A stretch of DNA of 64,000 nt from Candidatus Kerfeldbacteria bacterium (GTDB lineage: Bacteria > Patescibacteriota > Patescibacteriia > UBA9570 > XYC2-FULL-38-9). Shown here one piece after another: positions 45,464 to 55,736 of this stretch. The notes below the pieces were generated by a model that had not been told where the DNA came from, did not search any database, and saw nothing but the letters and a program-made list of their open reading frames with translations. The stretch is from assembly GCA_016182555.1 (NCBI GenBank), contig JACPGJ010000002.1:48040-112039 (forward strand). The letters run 5' to 3'. Position 1 is the stretch's first letter. Each line of letters opens with the position of its first letter. The translations under genes were made by a program, and so were the position numbers.

Positions 45464-46531
45464 TTACAGACGTTCAAATAATTTTTTATATTGTGCCGCA
45501 ACATCTTCCCAGCGAGAATGTTCACGGGTGTATGCGGCTGCCGTTTTTCCAAATGTCTGGCGTTGCGCCGGATGGTTGAGCCATGTCAATACCGCATTGG
45601 TGTATGCTTCTGTATCGCCTGGAGTAATCAATATACCGTTGTGTTGATCGGCAATAGCAGAGGGAATTCCGTCAATACGCGAAGCAATGACCGGCAAACC
45701 GTATGCGGCGGCTTCAATGGCAACAAAACCGAATCCTTCCGCATCACCATCAACATTGATATTCGGCATAACAAATAGATCAGCGGCAGAGTAGAGGAAC
45801 CGTAATTCTTCATCAGTCACTTTGCCGAGCAGACGGACATGGTGCGCTAGATTCAACTGTTGAATCAATGATTCAATCTGTTCTTTTTCTGGTCCAGTGG
45901 AAACAATGAGGTATATTGGTAGTGGCTGTGGAAGCTTTGCAAATACGTGCTCAATGAACCATGCCACGCCTTTGCGGCGCACAAGCCGGCCAACAGTGAG
46001 GAGCCATGGTTTTTCTGTAGGGAGAGAAAAACGTGCTGCCAATTTTTTTCGTGCTTGCGTTCTATCAATGACTGGTGGTTGAACCACGCCGTGTGTAATA
46101 ATAGAAATTTTTTCTGCGGGAATACCATTTTTCTTGAGAAGATCTGCGGTGAAATCACTCACAGCGACAAAATGATTGATAGAGCGGAGTGATCGGCGGA
46201 TCAGCCATTGATAGCCGGGGATACTGTTGAACGTAAGTTCCAGAGCATGCACCGTTACCACGATCGGTTTTTGCATGAACCATTTCAATATGATCGCAAT
46301 GGGACCCAACACTAAATCTCCAAGATGAATCAGGTCAACGCGACGAGATAGAAACAACGCGCGCACGCAGAGCAGAGGAGCTGCCCAAAGAATATCCAAT
46401 TTCCGCTGTCCATAATGGATGATTGTTTTGGGGCCAGCATAATTTTCTGTGAGCTCCCAACTAAATGTTTCCATACCACCTTTTTGTGGTGGAAATTTTC
46501 GTGTCAAAAAAAGAATACGCATATGATTCAT
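45464..46531 (-). CDS. Glycosyltransferase family 4
   Basis: Start at MNHMRILFLTRKFPPQKGGME. C-terminal EGFGFVAIEAAAYGLPVIASRIDGIPS. The 46532-47134 part of the ORF-track call overlaps the + strand gene and is rejected. Confidence 0.75.
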   Translation of the reverse strand: MNHMRILFLTRKFPPQKGGMETFSWELTENYAGPKTIIHYGQRKLDILWAAPLLCVRALFLSRRVDLIHLGDLVLGPIAIILKWFMQKPIVVTVHALELTFNSIPGYQWLIRRSLRSINHFVAVSDFTADLLKKNGIPAEKISIITHGVVQPPVIDRTQARKKLAARFSLPTEKPWLLTVGRLVRRKGVAWFIEHVFAKLPQPLPIYLIVSTGPEKEQIESLIQQLNLAHHVRLLGKVTDEELRFLYSAADLFVMPNINVDGDAEGFGFVAIEAAAYGLPVIASRIDGIPSAIADQHNGILITPGDTEAYTNAVLTWLNHPAQRQTFGKTAAAYTREHSRWEDVAAQYKKLFERL

Positions 46532-46577
46532 TCTATTGTAGCAGACGGGCAGAAATAATTGAATAATTGAACAAGAA

Positions 46578-48545
46578 ATGATAGTATTTGTCAATATGAA
46601 AGAGCTTGTAAATTTTATGAGCCTCCCGTGGTGGACGTTGCAATGGATATCCGCCATTGTGCTTCTTTTTGCCATGTATCGCGCTACACGTTCGCAGTCA
46701 GAACGTTTTCCGTTTTTTACTGCACTCGCTTTTTTCCCTGGGCTGACATTGTATGAAGCGTTGATATTATGGCACGAACCCCTGTTGCAGAGCCAACATT
46801 TTCTGTTGACGGTTGCATGGGCAGCGTGTATTGCACAAATAGTATTTTCCGCAAAACCAGAGTGGCGTTTTTCAGTAAAGCAGTGGCGCTGGTTCGCCGC
46901 CGTTTTGCTGTGTATAACGGCCGTGCTGGCTGGAGTTATTCGCTTCTTCCCTACGCTTTTTCTGACATCCAGCCTGTTCGTATTATTCATCGTATTGTGG
47001 ATGCTCATCCTTCGTTTTGTTCCGTTGAATATGTTAGAACATGTTGCCGGCGAGACGCCAAAGCCGTTGCGACAGCAGTGGTATTGGGTTATCGCTATTG
47101 GCATTATCATTCTATGTGCGGGGTGGGTGCGCATCGCCAGTTTGAATGCATTTCCATTTCAAAACGATGAATTTTTTCACCTGGAAACCGCGAAAGGATA
47201 TGTGGAAACTGGTCGCTACGTTCAGTGGAATTTTTTAACGCAGCAGCCACAAGAGGTGTATACACGTGCCTGGCCGTATACGTGGCAGGTTGCGCAGAGT
47301 GCAAAGTTTTTTGGTTTTTCAGAATGGTCGCTACGGTTGCCAGCATTGGTGTGGGGGATGCTATTTCTGATCCTTGTTCCTTTCGTCGCTTATTCTTGGA
47401 CACGGCGTGCTTCGGTTGCTTTCACGGCCACACTCATTGCTGCTTTTGACCCCAGCCTCATTTGGTCTTCAAGTTATACTCGCATGTACTCCATGTTTTG
47501 GACATTGTCGTTATTCACTGTGTGGTGTTTTTGGAAAGCCGTGCATGAAAAAGAAATATCGGTAAAATCTCAGCACTCTGCGCAGCGTTGGGTATGGTTA
47601 TTCGTTTCGGGTGTAGCTGCCTGCGCCAGTGCGTTTATTCATGAAGCCGGGTTATTGTTATTTGCTGGCATGGGTGTAACCATAGTCGTATTGTGGCTGC
47701 GTGAACCAAAGAATAGGTATTATCGTGTATTAACTTTTTGTTTCTGTGCCGGCGTTGTGGCAGTATTCACGGCTCACGTGATTCACCCTTTTCTTCCATT
47801 GGGATTTATTACCCTGCGTCAACATCCAGCATTTAGCTATATGGATTATTTATTTGGAGAATTTTTATTACCTTGGTTTGCATTACTCATTACTGTGGCG
47901 TTTCTTTTTTTCACTCGCGCAAAACGATTACCATATTGGGTAATCATCGCTTCTAGCTTTGGCATTTCTCTCACAGGGTATTTTGTGTATTTTGCTAACC
48001 GGTATGCGGTACGTAAATATAGTTTCTTTTTCATCATGCCCGTATTCATCGTATTTGCCTATGCATGGGAGCAATATATGCAGTATTTGTTTCCTCAATC
48101 AGCCAAGCCGTGGCTGCGTCGAACGCTGAGTATTCTGCTATTCGTGTGGTTGGCTATTCCATTATCCTTTCCTGGCATTCCGGAGTCTTTCTTGTTTACG
48201 ACGGCACGTGCTGATAAATCATATACAGAGATTGAGTATTATAATTATCCGGTGGCCTATGCATATTTGGAAGAGCACGCAGAACCGAATGCAACAGTGT
48301 TGATGCTTTCTCCTCAAACTTACTATCTTCACCGAACAGATTTACATATTCAACGTTTGCCACTCGAACGTGCGCTCACGGTTGAAGAACTAAAATCGAT
48401 GCTGGCTGCTTCACACAGTGGCTGGATGGTGTTACCAAAATACAAACAATATCATCTTAACCCAGCGGTAAAAAATTACATTCAGAAACATCTACGTTTA
48501 GTGAATGATGATCCCAATACGAATATGTTGATCTATCAATGGTAG
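46578..48545 (+). CDS. GT-C-fold membrane glycosyltransferase, PMT/ArnT-like (PMT_2 family), paralog 1
   Basis: Polytopic. DEFFHLETAKGY periplasmic-loop acidic motif and the RLPALVWGMLFLILV helix are typical of ArnT/PMT-type GT39/GT83 enzymes. Confidence 0.55.
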   Translation: MIVFVNMKELVNFMSLPWWTLQWISAIVLLFAMYRATRSQSERFPFFTALAFFPGLTLYEALILWHEPLLQSQHFLLTVAWAACIAQIVFSAKPEWRFSVKQWRWFAAVLLCITAVLAGVIRFFPTLFLTSSLFVLFIVLWMLILRFVPLNMLEHVAGETPKPLRQQWYWVIAIGIIILCAGWVRIASLNAFPFQNDEFFHLETAKGYVETGRYVQWNFLTQQPQEVYTRAWPYTWQVAQSAKFFGFSEWSLRLPALVWGMLFLILVPFVAYSWTRRASVAFTATLIAAFDPSLIWSSSYTRMYSMFWTLSLFTVWCFWKAVHEKEISVKSQHSAQRWVWLFVSGVAACASAFIHEAGLLLFAGMGVTIVVLWLREPKNRYYRVLTFCFCAGVVAVFTAHVIHPFLPLGFITLRQHPAFSYMDYLFGEFLLPWFALLITVAFLFFTRAKRLPYWVIIASSFGISLTGYFVYFANRYAVRKYSFFFIMPVFIVFAYAWEQYMQYLFPQSAKPWLRRTLSILLFVWLAIPLSFPGIPESFLFTTARADKSYTEIEYYNYPVAYAYLEEHAEPNATVLMLSPQTYYLHRTDLHIQRLPLERALTVEELKSMLAASHSGWMVLPKYKQYHLNPAVKNYIQKHLRLVNDDPNTNMLIYQW

Positions 48546-48546
48546 T

Positions 48547-50130
48547 ATGAAGGGTACACAGAAATTGATCACAGATCGGCGTGCACACTCTATACTCGTT
48601 GGTATTGTCTCGTTTGCCTGTCTATTCAATTTTATGCTTGGGTTTTTCCGTCTCGGTCAGCATGATTTTCGTGAAGATGAATTTCAAGTGGTGGATACGG
48701 CGGTGAATTATGTCCACAACGGAGAATGGTATAAATGGGACTGGGTGCAAGACCAATCAGGGAAATTCACTGATTGCATTACTCAAGATCCGCGGTGTCA
48801 TTATACGCGTGCGTGGCCACATACCTGGCTTGTTGCGCAGTCATTCCGCTTGTTTGGCATTTCCCCATGGGCCGCTCGGTTAGTCTCTGTGTTGTTTGGT
48901 GTATTGGCTACCGCAGTGGTCTTTTTTGTGGCGCGTTTTTTTACACACAATCGTTTGATTGCGGTGTTGAGTTCGTTCAGTTTTGCTCTTTCGCCGGAGC
49001 TATTGGCTCTGTTTCGCCTTACACGTATGTATGCGCTTTTACTGCCGTTGTTTTTGCTGGCGGCATATTTTTTATATCGTGGAATAACAGAGACGCAGCG
49101 TGTGAATACAGGTAGCCGACGCTTGAACACATTTTTTGAACGCTATCTGCATGTTCATTATGGTTATCTGGGGCTTGGTATTCTCTGTTTATTTTTGGCC
49201 ACACTCCTCCATGTGAACGCGCTTATTCTGTTGCCTGTGTTATTTGTCTATATGATCTATTTGGCGCTGATGTATCGTCACCCTACAGCTATCCTTTCTT
49301 GTGTGGTGGGTATAATTGGTATTACGCTCGCAACGTATTTTATTCGATACACAGATGTGCTTTTTTCTATAGAAGGATTTTTTGCACCGTTGACGTTGCG
49401 CCATTTTATTTATCTTCGCTTTATCGCGGGCTATCCGTTCCCCGTGTGGCTTGGAACCGTGGCATTGATTGGAACCATGTTTGGTTGCTGGATGATTCGT
49501 CGCCGGCAAGCACGGGATAAAATGGTGTATCTATCTACGCTGGTTGCTGTTGCACTATTCTTTTTTATTTTTGTTGCTGATCGCTATACAACATTTACCT
49601 ATATTTCCCATATTGTGCCGTTCGGTCTCATGCTCATACTCTACGGTATGGTGGTGTTTCCTTCCTTACTATTGAAAAGTTTCCCACGCGCCGTGCGTGT
49701 ATGGAAAATTGTTGTTACTGTGTTGGTGTTGAGTTTCTGCATAGCAGCAGTATATTCACACCGCGGAGTATTGTATGGAGAAGAATATGCGTATGGTCGT
49801 TTTTCTGAAGCATACCAAGTTATTGTTGAGGATTATCAACCAGAACAGGCCGTATTTGCTCAATATTTACGTGGAATATATGTAGACGGCTTACCAGCGA
49901 ATACGCATGTGGTGAATATGCTGAAAAATAAAGCCTATACCGAGCAACAATTTTTTGCGGATTTGCATGCCTATCCTTCTGGTTGGATAACGTGGGAAAC
50001 TCGAAAGGCATATCATTTGAGGCAATCGATCCGATTATATATTCGTCAGCATTTTCGCCATGTGCATGGGGTTGGGGTGGATAATACCCATGTTGAAGTG
50101 TATTATTTTGATCAATCGATGGTGAAATAA
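48547..50130 (+). CDS. GT-C-fold membrane glycosyltransferase, PMT/ArnT-like, paralog 2 (tandem)
   Basis: DEFQVVDTAVNY and ARLVSVLFGVLATAVVFF. Alignable with the 46578 product (YTRAWP[YH]TW[QL]VAQS). Confidence 0.55.
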   Translation: MKGTQKLITDRRAHSILVGIVSFACLFNFMLGFFRLGQHDFREDEFQVVDTAVNYVHNGEWYKWDWVQDQSGKFTDCITQDPRCHYTRAWPHTWLVAQSFRLFGISPWAARLVSVLFGVLATAVVFFVARFFTHNRLIAVLSSFSFALSPELLALFRLTRMYALLLPLFLLAAYFLYRGITETQRVNTGSRRLNTFFERYLHVHYGYLGLGILCLFLATLLHVNALILLPVLFVYMIYLALMYRHPTAILSCVVGIIGITLATYFIRYTDVLFSIEGFFAPLTLRHFIYLRFIAGYPFPVWLGTVALIGTMFGCWMIRRRQARDKMVYLSTLVAVALFFFIFVADRYTTFTYISHIVPFGLMLILYGMVVFPSLLLKSFPRAVRVWKIVVTVLVLSFCIAAVYSHRGVLYGEEYAYGRFSEAYQVIVEDYQPEQAVFAQYLRGIYVDGLPANTHVVNMLKNKAYTEQQFFADLHAYPSGWITWETRKAYHLRQSIRLYIRQHFRHVHGVGVDNTHVEVYYFDQSMVK

Positions 50131-50134
50131 TGGT

Positions 50135-51085
50135 ATGGTGAAACCCAATACATGGATATCATTTGTGCTGAAGTTGACGGGTACACTGCTGTTGTGCGCT
50201 GTGATTCTTGCGCGCATGGATCTGTCACAAGTTGGACACTTGCTTGTGAATGTGCAGCCTGAGCCGGTAGTCATCATGCTGGTGATTTGGTTTATGGCCT
50301 TGGTGGTCAGTGCACTCCGATGGCAGAGTGTGTTAACGGGCTATGGTCTACGGCAAACGTTGTGGCAAACAATTTCGCTCTATTGGATTGGATCCTTTTT
50401 CAATAATTTTTTGCCAACGAGTATTGGTGGCGATTCATATAAATTTCTCCATGTACGAAAAATATTTCCAGGGAAAGATGCGGCAATTCTTTCATCGCTC
50501 ATTGTTGAACGTGGGTGTGGTCTTATTGCTATTCTGGTATTTGCTGCGGCATTCGGTGGGTATTTTTTTGATGTCATAAAAAACAACGCTCCCTTTGCTT
50601 GGTGTTATGCCTTTGTTATTGCATCGATTATTGTTATTCCTATTGTGCTCTGGTTGATTCAACAACATCTCGTACACAAATCAGTTCGCAGTGGTTTGTT
50701 GCAAAAATTGATTACTGGCTTAGAAACATTTTTCTCTCTGCAGCATCATCGTTCTCTCGTACTATTTCGTGCACTAGGCTTATCTATTTTTTTTCTGATA
50801 TTGAATATTGTTGCTTATTGGTATGGTTTCCGGGCGATAGGGGAGCACATGCCGCTGTTGGTGTTATGTGCCATCGTTCCCTGTATTCAATTATCACGCA
50901 TGATACCGCTGACCCTCAATTCCATCGGTATTGCCGAAGGAGCTGGCATCTATTTTTTTTCTTTATTTGGTGTCAGTTACGAAGTGGCGTTATCTGTGTT
51001 ATTACTCAATCGCGTTGTTGGCCTCTTTGCTACGTTCACCGGTGGCTTCCGCTACCTAAGCTGGAATGCTAAAAAGACCACCTGA
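50135..51085 (+). CDS. Flippase-like domain membrane protein (UPF0104/LPG-synthase-TM-like)
   Basis: 8 TM helices. FNNFLPTSIGGDSYKF motif. Confidence 0.5.
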   Translation: MVKPNTWISFVLKLTGTLLLCAVILARMDLSQVGHLLVNVQPEPVVIMLVIWFMALVVSALRWQSVLTGYGLRQTLWQTISLYWIGSFFNNFLPTSIGGDSYKFLHVRKIFPGKDAAILSSLIVERGCGLIAILVFAAAFGGYFFDVIKNNAPFAWCYAFVIASIIVIPIVLWLIQQHLVHKSVRSGLLQKLITGLETFFSLQHHRSLVLFRALGLSIFFLILNIVAYWYGFRAIGEHMPLLVLCAIVPCIQLSRMIPLTLNSIGIAEGAGIYFFSLFGVSYEVALSVLLLNRVVGLFATFTGGFRYLSWNAKKTT

Positions 51086-51149
51086 TTATTTGACAAAAGT
51101 GGTAATTTTTAGTTGAATTCAAGCTGTATTTTATGATGATTGACCTTCA

Positions 51150-52337
51150 ATGAAGATCCTTTTTATTGCGCCGACGCCATTTTTTGCAGATCGGGGTACC
51201 CATATTCGCATATTTGAAGAAGCTCGCGCACTGGAAAAACGCCAGCATCACATTATCATTGCGACATACCATGTTGGACGAAATATTGCCCAAGAAGTGG
51301 GAAGCACGATTGATATTCGTCGTATCAATCGGTGGCTCTTTTGGTATAAAAAATTAGAAGCCGGACCGGATTGGCAAAAAATTATTTTAGATCTTTTTTT
51401 GTTGCGAAAAGTCTTGTGGCTGACGTGGCGTCAGCGGCCAGATGTTATTCATGGTCACTTGCATGAAGGCGTACTGCTGGGGTGGCTCACACAGAAAGTA
51501 TTTTTTTGGCGCCATATTCCTTTGGTTGCTGATTTTCATGGAAGTCTTACTGGTGAAATGGTTTCTCACCAGTATCTGCGTATTGGATTCATGCAAAAAA
51601 TATTTCAATACATCGAACGCAAGATTGACAATTTGGGCGATGCCGCGGTTGCCAGTTCTGTTGAAAATAAACAGATCATTGATGCAATGCGCAAAAAAAA
51701 TGCGGTGCATGTGGTTCTCGATGGTGTGCACGTAGATGAAAAAAAGTCACCGCAAGAAATTGTACAAACAAAAATGGCACTTCAACTTCCCCTTACTCAA
51801 CCCATTGTCGTTTATGCAGGCGCGTTGCTACCGAACAAGGGTATCCACTATTTATTGGAAGCTATTCCTCTTGTGCTTGCTAAAAAACCGGAAACCTATT
51901 TTGTTATCGCGGGTTCTCCAAAAGAATTAATTGTACATGCGATTGCCTCATACCAGCTTGCTCATTCGGTAAAGCTCATTTCACCAATCACGCATATTAA
52001 TGTGCCCGCCGTGCTTTCGGTTGCGGATATTGCGGTTGATCCTAAGGATTCTCAAACTAATCAAGCGAGTGGAAAGATATTGCAGTACATGGGTGCTGGG
52101 TTACCCGTTGTCTGTTTTGATCGCACGAATAACCGCTCATATCTTGGTTCAGCAGCACATTACGCCACGCCGATGAGCGCACAAGGAATTGCCGATGCTC
52201 TGTTGTATTACCTAGACCACCCGCAAGAACGAATAGCACACGCAGCGGCAAATCGTGAACGAGCTGTGGCATTCAGTTGGGATGTTGCTGGAAAACAGTT
52301 AGAAGAGCTTTATAGACATCTATGCCAGAGCAGGTAA
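51150..52337 (+). CDS. Glycosyltransferase family 4
   Basis: MKILFIAPTPFFADRGTHIR... GT-B architecture. Confidence 0.7.
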   Translation: MKILFIAPTPFFADRGTHIRIFEEARALEKRQHHIIIATYHVGRNIAQEVGSTIDIRRINRWLFWYKKLEAGPDWQKIILDLFLLRKVLWLTWRQRPDVIHGHLHEGVLLGWLTQKVFFWRHIPLVADFHGSLTGEMVSHQYLRIGFMQKIFQYIERKIDNLGDAAVASSVENKQIIDAMRKKNAVHVVLDGVHVDEKKSPQEIVQTKMALQLPLTQPIVVYAGALLPNKGIHYLLEAIPLVLAKKPETYFVIAGSPKELIVHAIASYQLAHSVKLISPITHINVPAVLSVADIAVDPKDSQTNQASGKILQYMGAGLPVVCFDRTNNRSYLGSAAHYATPMSAQGIADALLYYLDHPQERIAHAAANRERAVAFSWDVAGKQLEELYRHLCQSR

Positions 52338-53374
52338 ACACCATCGCTATTATTGTGTTGAATTGGAATGGCAAATCACTAGTAGAGCACTGTTTGCCAT
52401 CGGTGCTTGGACAAACATACAAACACATACGTCTATTGTTTGTCGATAATGGTTCCACAGACGGTTCGGTGGAATATGTGCGCGAACATTTTTCGGCGGT
52501 AGAAATTATTGCACTCGACCATAATACTGGTTTTGCCTACGCCAACAATGTCGCGATCGCGCAAGCTTTGAAGGATTCGTCTGTGAGCGCTGTGGTCACA
52601 TTGAATAACGACACAGAACTTGCTCCAACTTGTATTGAAGAGTTATTCGCAGCCACTCAGCGTCACCCTGAAGCCGGTGCTGTGCAAGGCAAGGTTCGTA
52701 ATTTTTATAAACGCCAACAAATAGATAGTGCCGGTATTTTAATTTACCCAGACATGAGCGCCATCAACCGTGGGCAGAAAGAACAAGACCATGGCCAATT
52801 CGACACCGAAGAAGAAGTATTTGGTGTCAGCGCTAGCGCGGCGTTGTATACCCGCGCCGCACTCGAAGCGACCAAACTCTCTACTGATGAATTTTTTGAT
52901 AACAGTTATTTTGCCTATTATGAAGATGTCGACCTTGCTTGGCGCATTCGTTTAGCTGGATTGAGCGCGTATTTGGCACCCAAAGCGTTGGTCTACCATG
53001 TGCATAGTGCAACAGCCGTAAGCCACTCGCCATTCAAAGCATTTCACATTCACCGCAATCAATACTATAATATCATCAAAGATCTACCACTGAGGTTTCT
53101 GTTGCTGGCATTGCTCCGAATGCCAGTGCGGTATTTCTTGCTTCTTTCCAGTGTGTTTCGCAAACGTGGTGCATCCGCAGAACTAAAAAAGAAAACGAGC
53201 GGTGGGGGAATAGTGAAATTAGTGCTTGGCTCATGGAAAGATATTATTATTCACTTTCCATCATTACTTCGCAAACGATGGCAGATTCAACAGCAGCGCC
53301 GAGTACCTGTGCGCCAAGTCGGCCACTGGTTCCGCGATTACCGAGCAGATATCAATAAAATTATTTATGGCTAA
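52322..53374 (+). CDS. Glycosyltransferase family 2 (rhamnosyl/galactosyltransferase-like)
   Basis: IAIIVLNWNGKSLVEHCLPSVLGQTY, FVDNGSTDGS, YYEDVDLAWR (DxD). Confidence 0.75.
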   Translation: MPEQVNTIAIIVLNWNGKSLVEHCLPSVLGQTYKHIRLLFVDNGSTDGSVEYVREHFSAVEIIALDHNTGFAYANNVAIAQALKDSSVSAVVTLNNDTELAPTCIEELFAATQRHPEAGAVQGKVRNFYKRQQIDSAGILIYPDMSAINRGQKEQDHGQFDTEEEVFGVSASAALYTRAALEATKLSTDEFFDNSYFAYYEDVDLAWRIRLAGLSAYLAPKALVYHVHSATAVSHSPFKAFHIHRNQYYNIIKDLPLRFLLLALLRMPVRYFLLLSSVFRKRGASAELKKKTSGGGIVKLVLGSWKDIIIHFPSLLRKRWQIQQQRRVPVRQVGHWFRDYRADINKIIYG

Positions 53375-54146
53375 ACAACACGAAAATTACCGCGAATTGA
53401 TTTGGCGCCTCGCAAAAACTGATTTTACTTTGCGTTATCATGGGTCGGTGTTGGGGTATGTATGGGCTATTCTCAAGCCATTATTTATTTTCACTATTTT
53501 GAATTTTGTTTTTTCTTCTATTTTTAATCCGCGTGGGCAGGGCAATGAATATTATTCGTTGGAATTGATTGTGGCCATCATGGTGTTTAATTTTTTTGCA
53601 GAAGGGACCACGGCGGGAATGAATGCTTTGCTTTCGAAATCAGAACTGGTGAAGAAAATTTATGTTCCACGATGGACCATTATTGTTGCTGCTACGGTAA
53701 ATTCTGCATTGGTTTTTTTAATGAACTTAGGGGTGGTTATTATTTTTTTCGGTGTGAAAGAGTTTGTCCCGAGTATCGCCGGTGTAGCGGTTTTTTTGCT
53801 CTACATTTGTTTGCTGTATATTATTATTGTTACTTTTGGCTTGTTTACCGCACCGCTCTATGTGTATTTCCGCGACCTCATGCTCATTTGGGAAGTGTTA
53901 TTAACAGCACTGTTTTATGCAACTCCCGTATTCTATTCACTCACGATGATGCCTGATTATATTCAACGTGTCTTGTTGCTGAGCCCGATTGCTTTTATTA
54001 TTCATTTCACCAAAGAATCATTAATTCACCACCATTTTGCCGATGTTTGGCAAAATCTCGGTTTCATGGCATTGGTTGCCGTAGCATTTGGGTTGAGTAC
54101 CGTTTTTTACCGCAAGGTATCACCAAGTATTGCTGAAAAGTTATAG
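53367..54146 (+). CDS. ABC-2 type polysaccharide/teichoic-acid export permease (Wzm/TagG-like)
   Basis: Start MAKQHENYRELIWRLAKTDFTLRYHGSVLGYVWAILKPL, 6 TM helices. No cognate ATPase gene is adjacent. Confidence 0.6.
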   Translation: MAKQHENYRELIWRLAKTDFTLRYHGSVLGYVWAILKPLFIFTILNFVFSSIFNPRGQGNEYYSLELIVAIMVFNFFAEGTTAGMNALLSKSELVKKIYVPRWTIIVAATVNSALVFLMNLGVVIIFFGVKEFVPSIAGVAVFLLYICLLYIIIVTFGLFTAPLYVYFRDLMLIWEVLLTALFYATPVFYSLTMMPDYIQRVLLLSPIAFIIHFTKESLIHHHFADVWQNLGFMALVAVAFGLSTVFYRKVSPSIAEKL

Positions 54147-54347
54147 GTCGATACGTTCCACACGGGTCCTTGTGTGCTTGCGCTTGACTATTTTTTCTTA
54201 TCCTGGTAGATTCCAAGGTACTATAAATCGACTGTTGTTTCCTCGTGCATCTATACATATAGTTGCATTTGTCCATGTTCACTTGCTTGCGCGCTGTAAA
54301 AAGCGAGAAGCGTTTGGGTGAATGAAACAGCACCAATAACCATTATT

Positions 54348-54992
54348 ATGGAACAAGAACAGATGAGTCAAAGTGTAGAAGAGATTTTTGAATTTCTTCC
54401 TAAAGAAGAACACCAAGAGCATTACGAATTATTGCTCTTAGTGGCTGGCAGCCAAACAGAGGAAGAGGTCGCCAGTATTGTGCTCTCCGTGAAAGATCAA
54501 GTAGTCACATTCGGTGGGCAGATTACTCGTGAAGAAAATTTAGGCCGCCGAAATTTAGCCTATACGGTTGCAGGCACACAGAGTGGTGTGTATTCGCTGA
54601 TGGAATTTGATTTAGTCACCCTGCGGTTGCCAGAACTGAATGAAAAGTTGCGTATTCGTAAAGATATTACGCGTTTCTTGATTATCAAAAAACGTGTGAA
54701 AAGCGAAGCTGAGTTGGCAGAAGAAGAGCGCGTTCGGCAAAAAATTGACACTCGTAAAAAAGCCAAAATGCAGAAAGATATTTCGGCATTAGAAGATGAG
54801 GCAACAGCGGAACGTAAACCGGCAGCAGTTCGGAAAGAAACACCGGCTGTGACAACGAGCACTTCTCTTCCAACGCCGGAAGCAACTGAAGAGGTGAAAC
54901 CAGCGAAATCAACCAAGAAAAAAGAAGCGAGTACATTAGAAAACATTGACCAAGAGATTGAAAAACTCTTGAGCGATGATATTGATGTTTAA
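54348..54992 (+). CDS. rpsF: 30S ribosomal protein S6 with long Lys/Glu-rich C-terminal extension
   Basis: [62 protein letters not shown] is the S6 fold core. Conserved rpsF-ssb-rpsR order. Start choice (54318, 54348 or 54363) is uncertain. Confidence 0.75.
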   Translation: MEQEQMSQSVEEIFEFLPKEEHQEHYELLLLVAGSQTEEEVASIVLSVKDQVVTFGGQITREENLGRRNLAYTVAGTQSGVYSLMEFDLVTLRLPELNEKLRIRKDITRFLIIKKRVKSEAELAEEERVRQKIDTRKKAKMQKDISALEDEATAERKPAAVRKETPAVTTSTSLPTPEATEEVKPAKSTKKKEASTLENIDQEIEKLLSDDIDV

Positions 54993-55003
54993 TACAAAAT
55001 TAT

Positions 55004-55447
55004 ATGGACCTCAATAAAGTCATGTTAATTGGTCGCCTTACACGCGACCCAGAAATGCGCACGATTCCTTCTGGCGAAAATGTGGCAACATTTTCTATCG
55101 CCACTGGCCGCCAATGGACGGATAAATCGAGTGGTGAAAAAAAATCGGTTACTGAATTTCATAATGTGGTAGCGTGGCGTCGTTTAGCAGATATTTGTGG
55201 GCAGTATTTAAAGAAGGGTCGACAGGTATATATAGAAGGTCGTTTGCAAACGCGTTCATGGGATGACCCGAGCGGCAACAAACGTTACCGTACAGAGATT
55301 GTAGCCGAGAATTTGATCATGCTTGGCAGTAAAGATGGTGGTGGTTCCACTGCGTCACCAGCAATGGATACAAGCATGCCACAAACGCCTCCACCACCAG
55401 CAGGAAATGATGAAGAAACGATCTCCATCGAAGACATTCCTTTTTAA
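55004..55447 (+). CDS. ssb: Single-stranded DNA-binding protein
   Basis: OB-fold [19 protein letters not shown]...[37 protein letters not shown] and acidic DIPF tail. Confidence 0.85.
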   Translation: MDLNKVMLIGRLTRDPEMRTIPSGENVATFSIATGRQWTDKSSGEKKSVTEFHNVVAWRRLADICGQYLKKGRQVYIEGRLQTRSWDDPSGNKRYRTEIVAENLIMLGSKDGGGSTASPAMDTSMPQTPPPPAGNDEETISIEDIPF

Positions 55448-55475
55448 TCAATGAGCGAAACTGAGAATTATCTAT

Positions 55476-55724
55476 ATGCCAAAACCAACGGCGAAGAAAA
55501 AACAATCACGCACACGAAAACACTATTGTTATTTTTGTGTCAATAACATTTCGGATATTGATTATATCAATACCACAATCTTGCAGAAGTTTACTTCGAA
55601 TTATCAGAAAATTTTACCACGATCTCGCATGGGTTCGTGCGCAAAACACCAACGTCAATTAGGCCAAGCGGTAAAACGAGCACGGTTTATGGCACTTATT
55701 CCATACGTGAACGAACAACGATAA
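55476..55724 (+). CDS. rpsR: 30S ribosomal protein S18
   Basis: CYFCVNNISDIDYINTTILQKFTS...GSCAKHQRQLGQAVKRARFMALIPY. Confidence 0.85.
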   Translation: MPKPTAKKKQSRTRKHYCYFCVNNISDIDYINTTILQKFTSNYQKILPRSRMGSCAKHQRQLGQAVKRARFMALIPYVNEQR

Positions 55725-55736
55725 ACACCACTGCGT

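Noticed and set aside
46532-47134. N-terminal 200-aa extension of the GT4 ORF 45464-47134(-)
   Set aside because: The extension overlaps the well-supported + strand GT-C gene starting at 46578 and lacks GT4 features. The GT4 is taken to start at MNHMRILFLT (46531).
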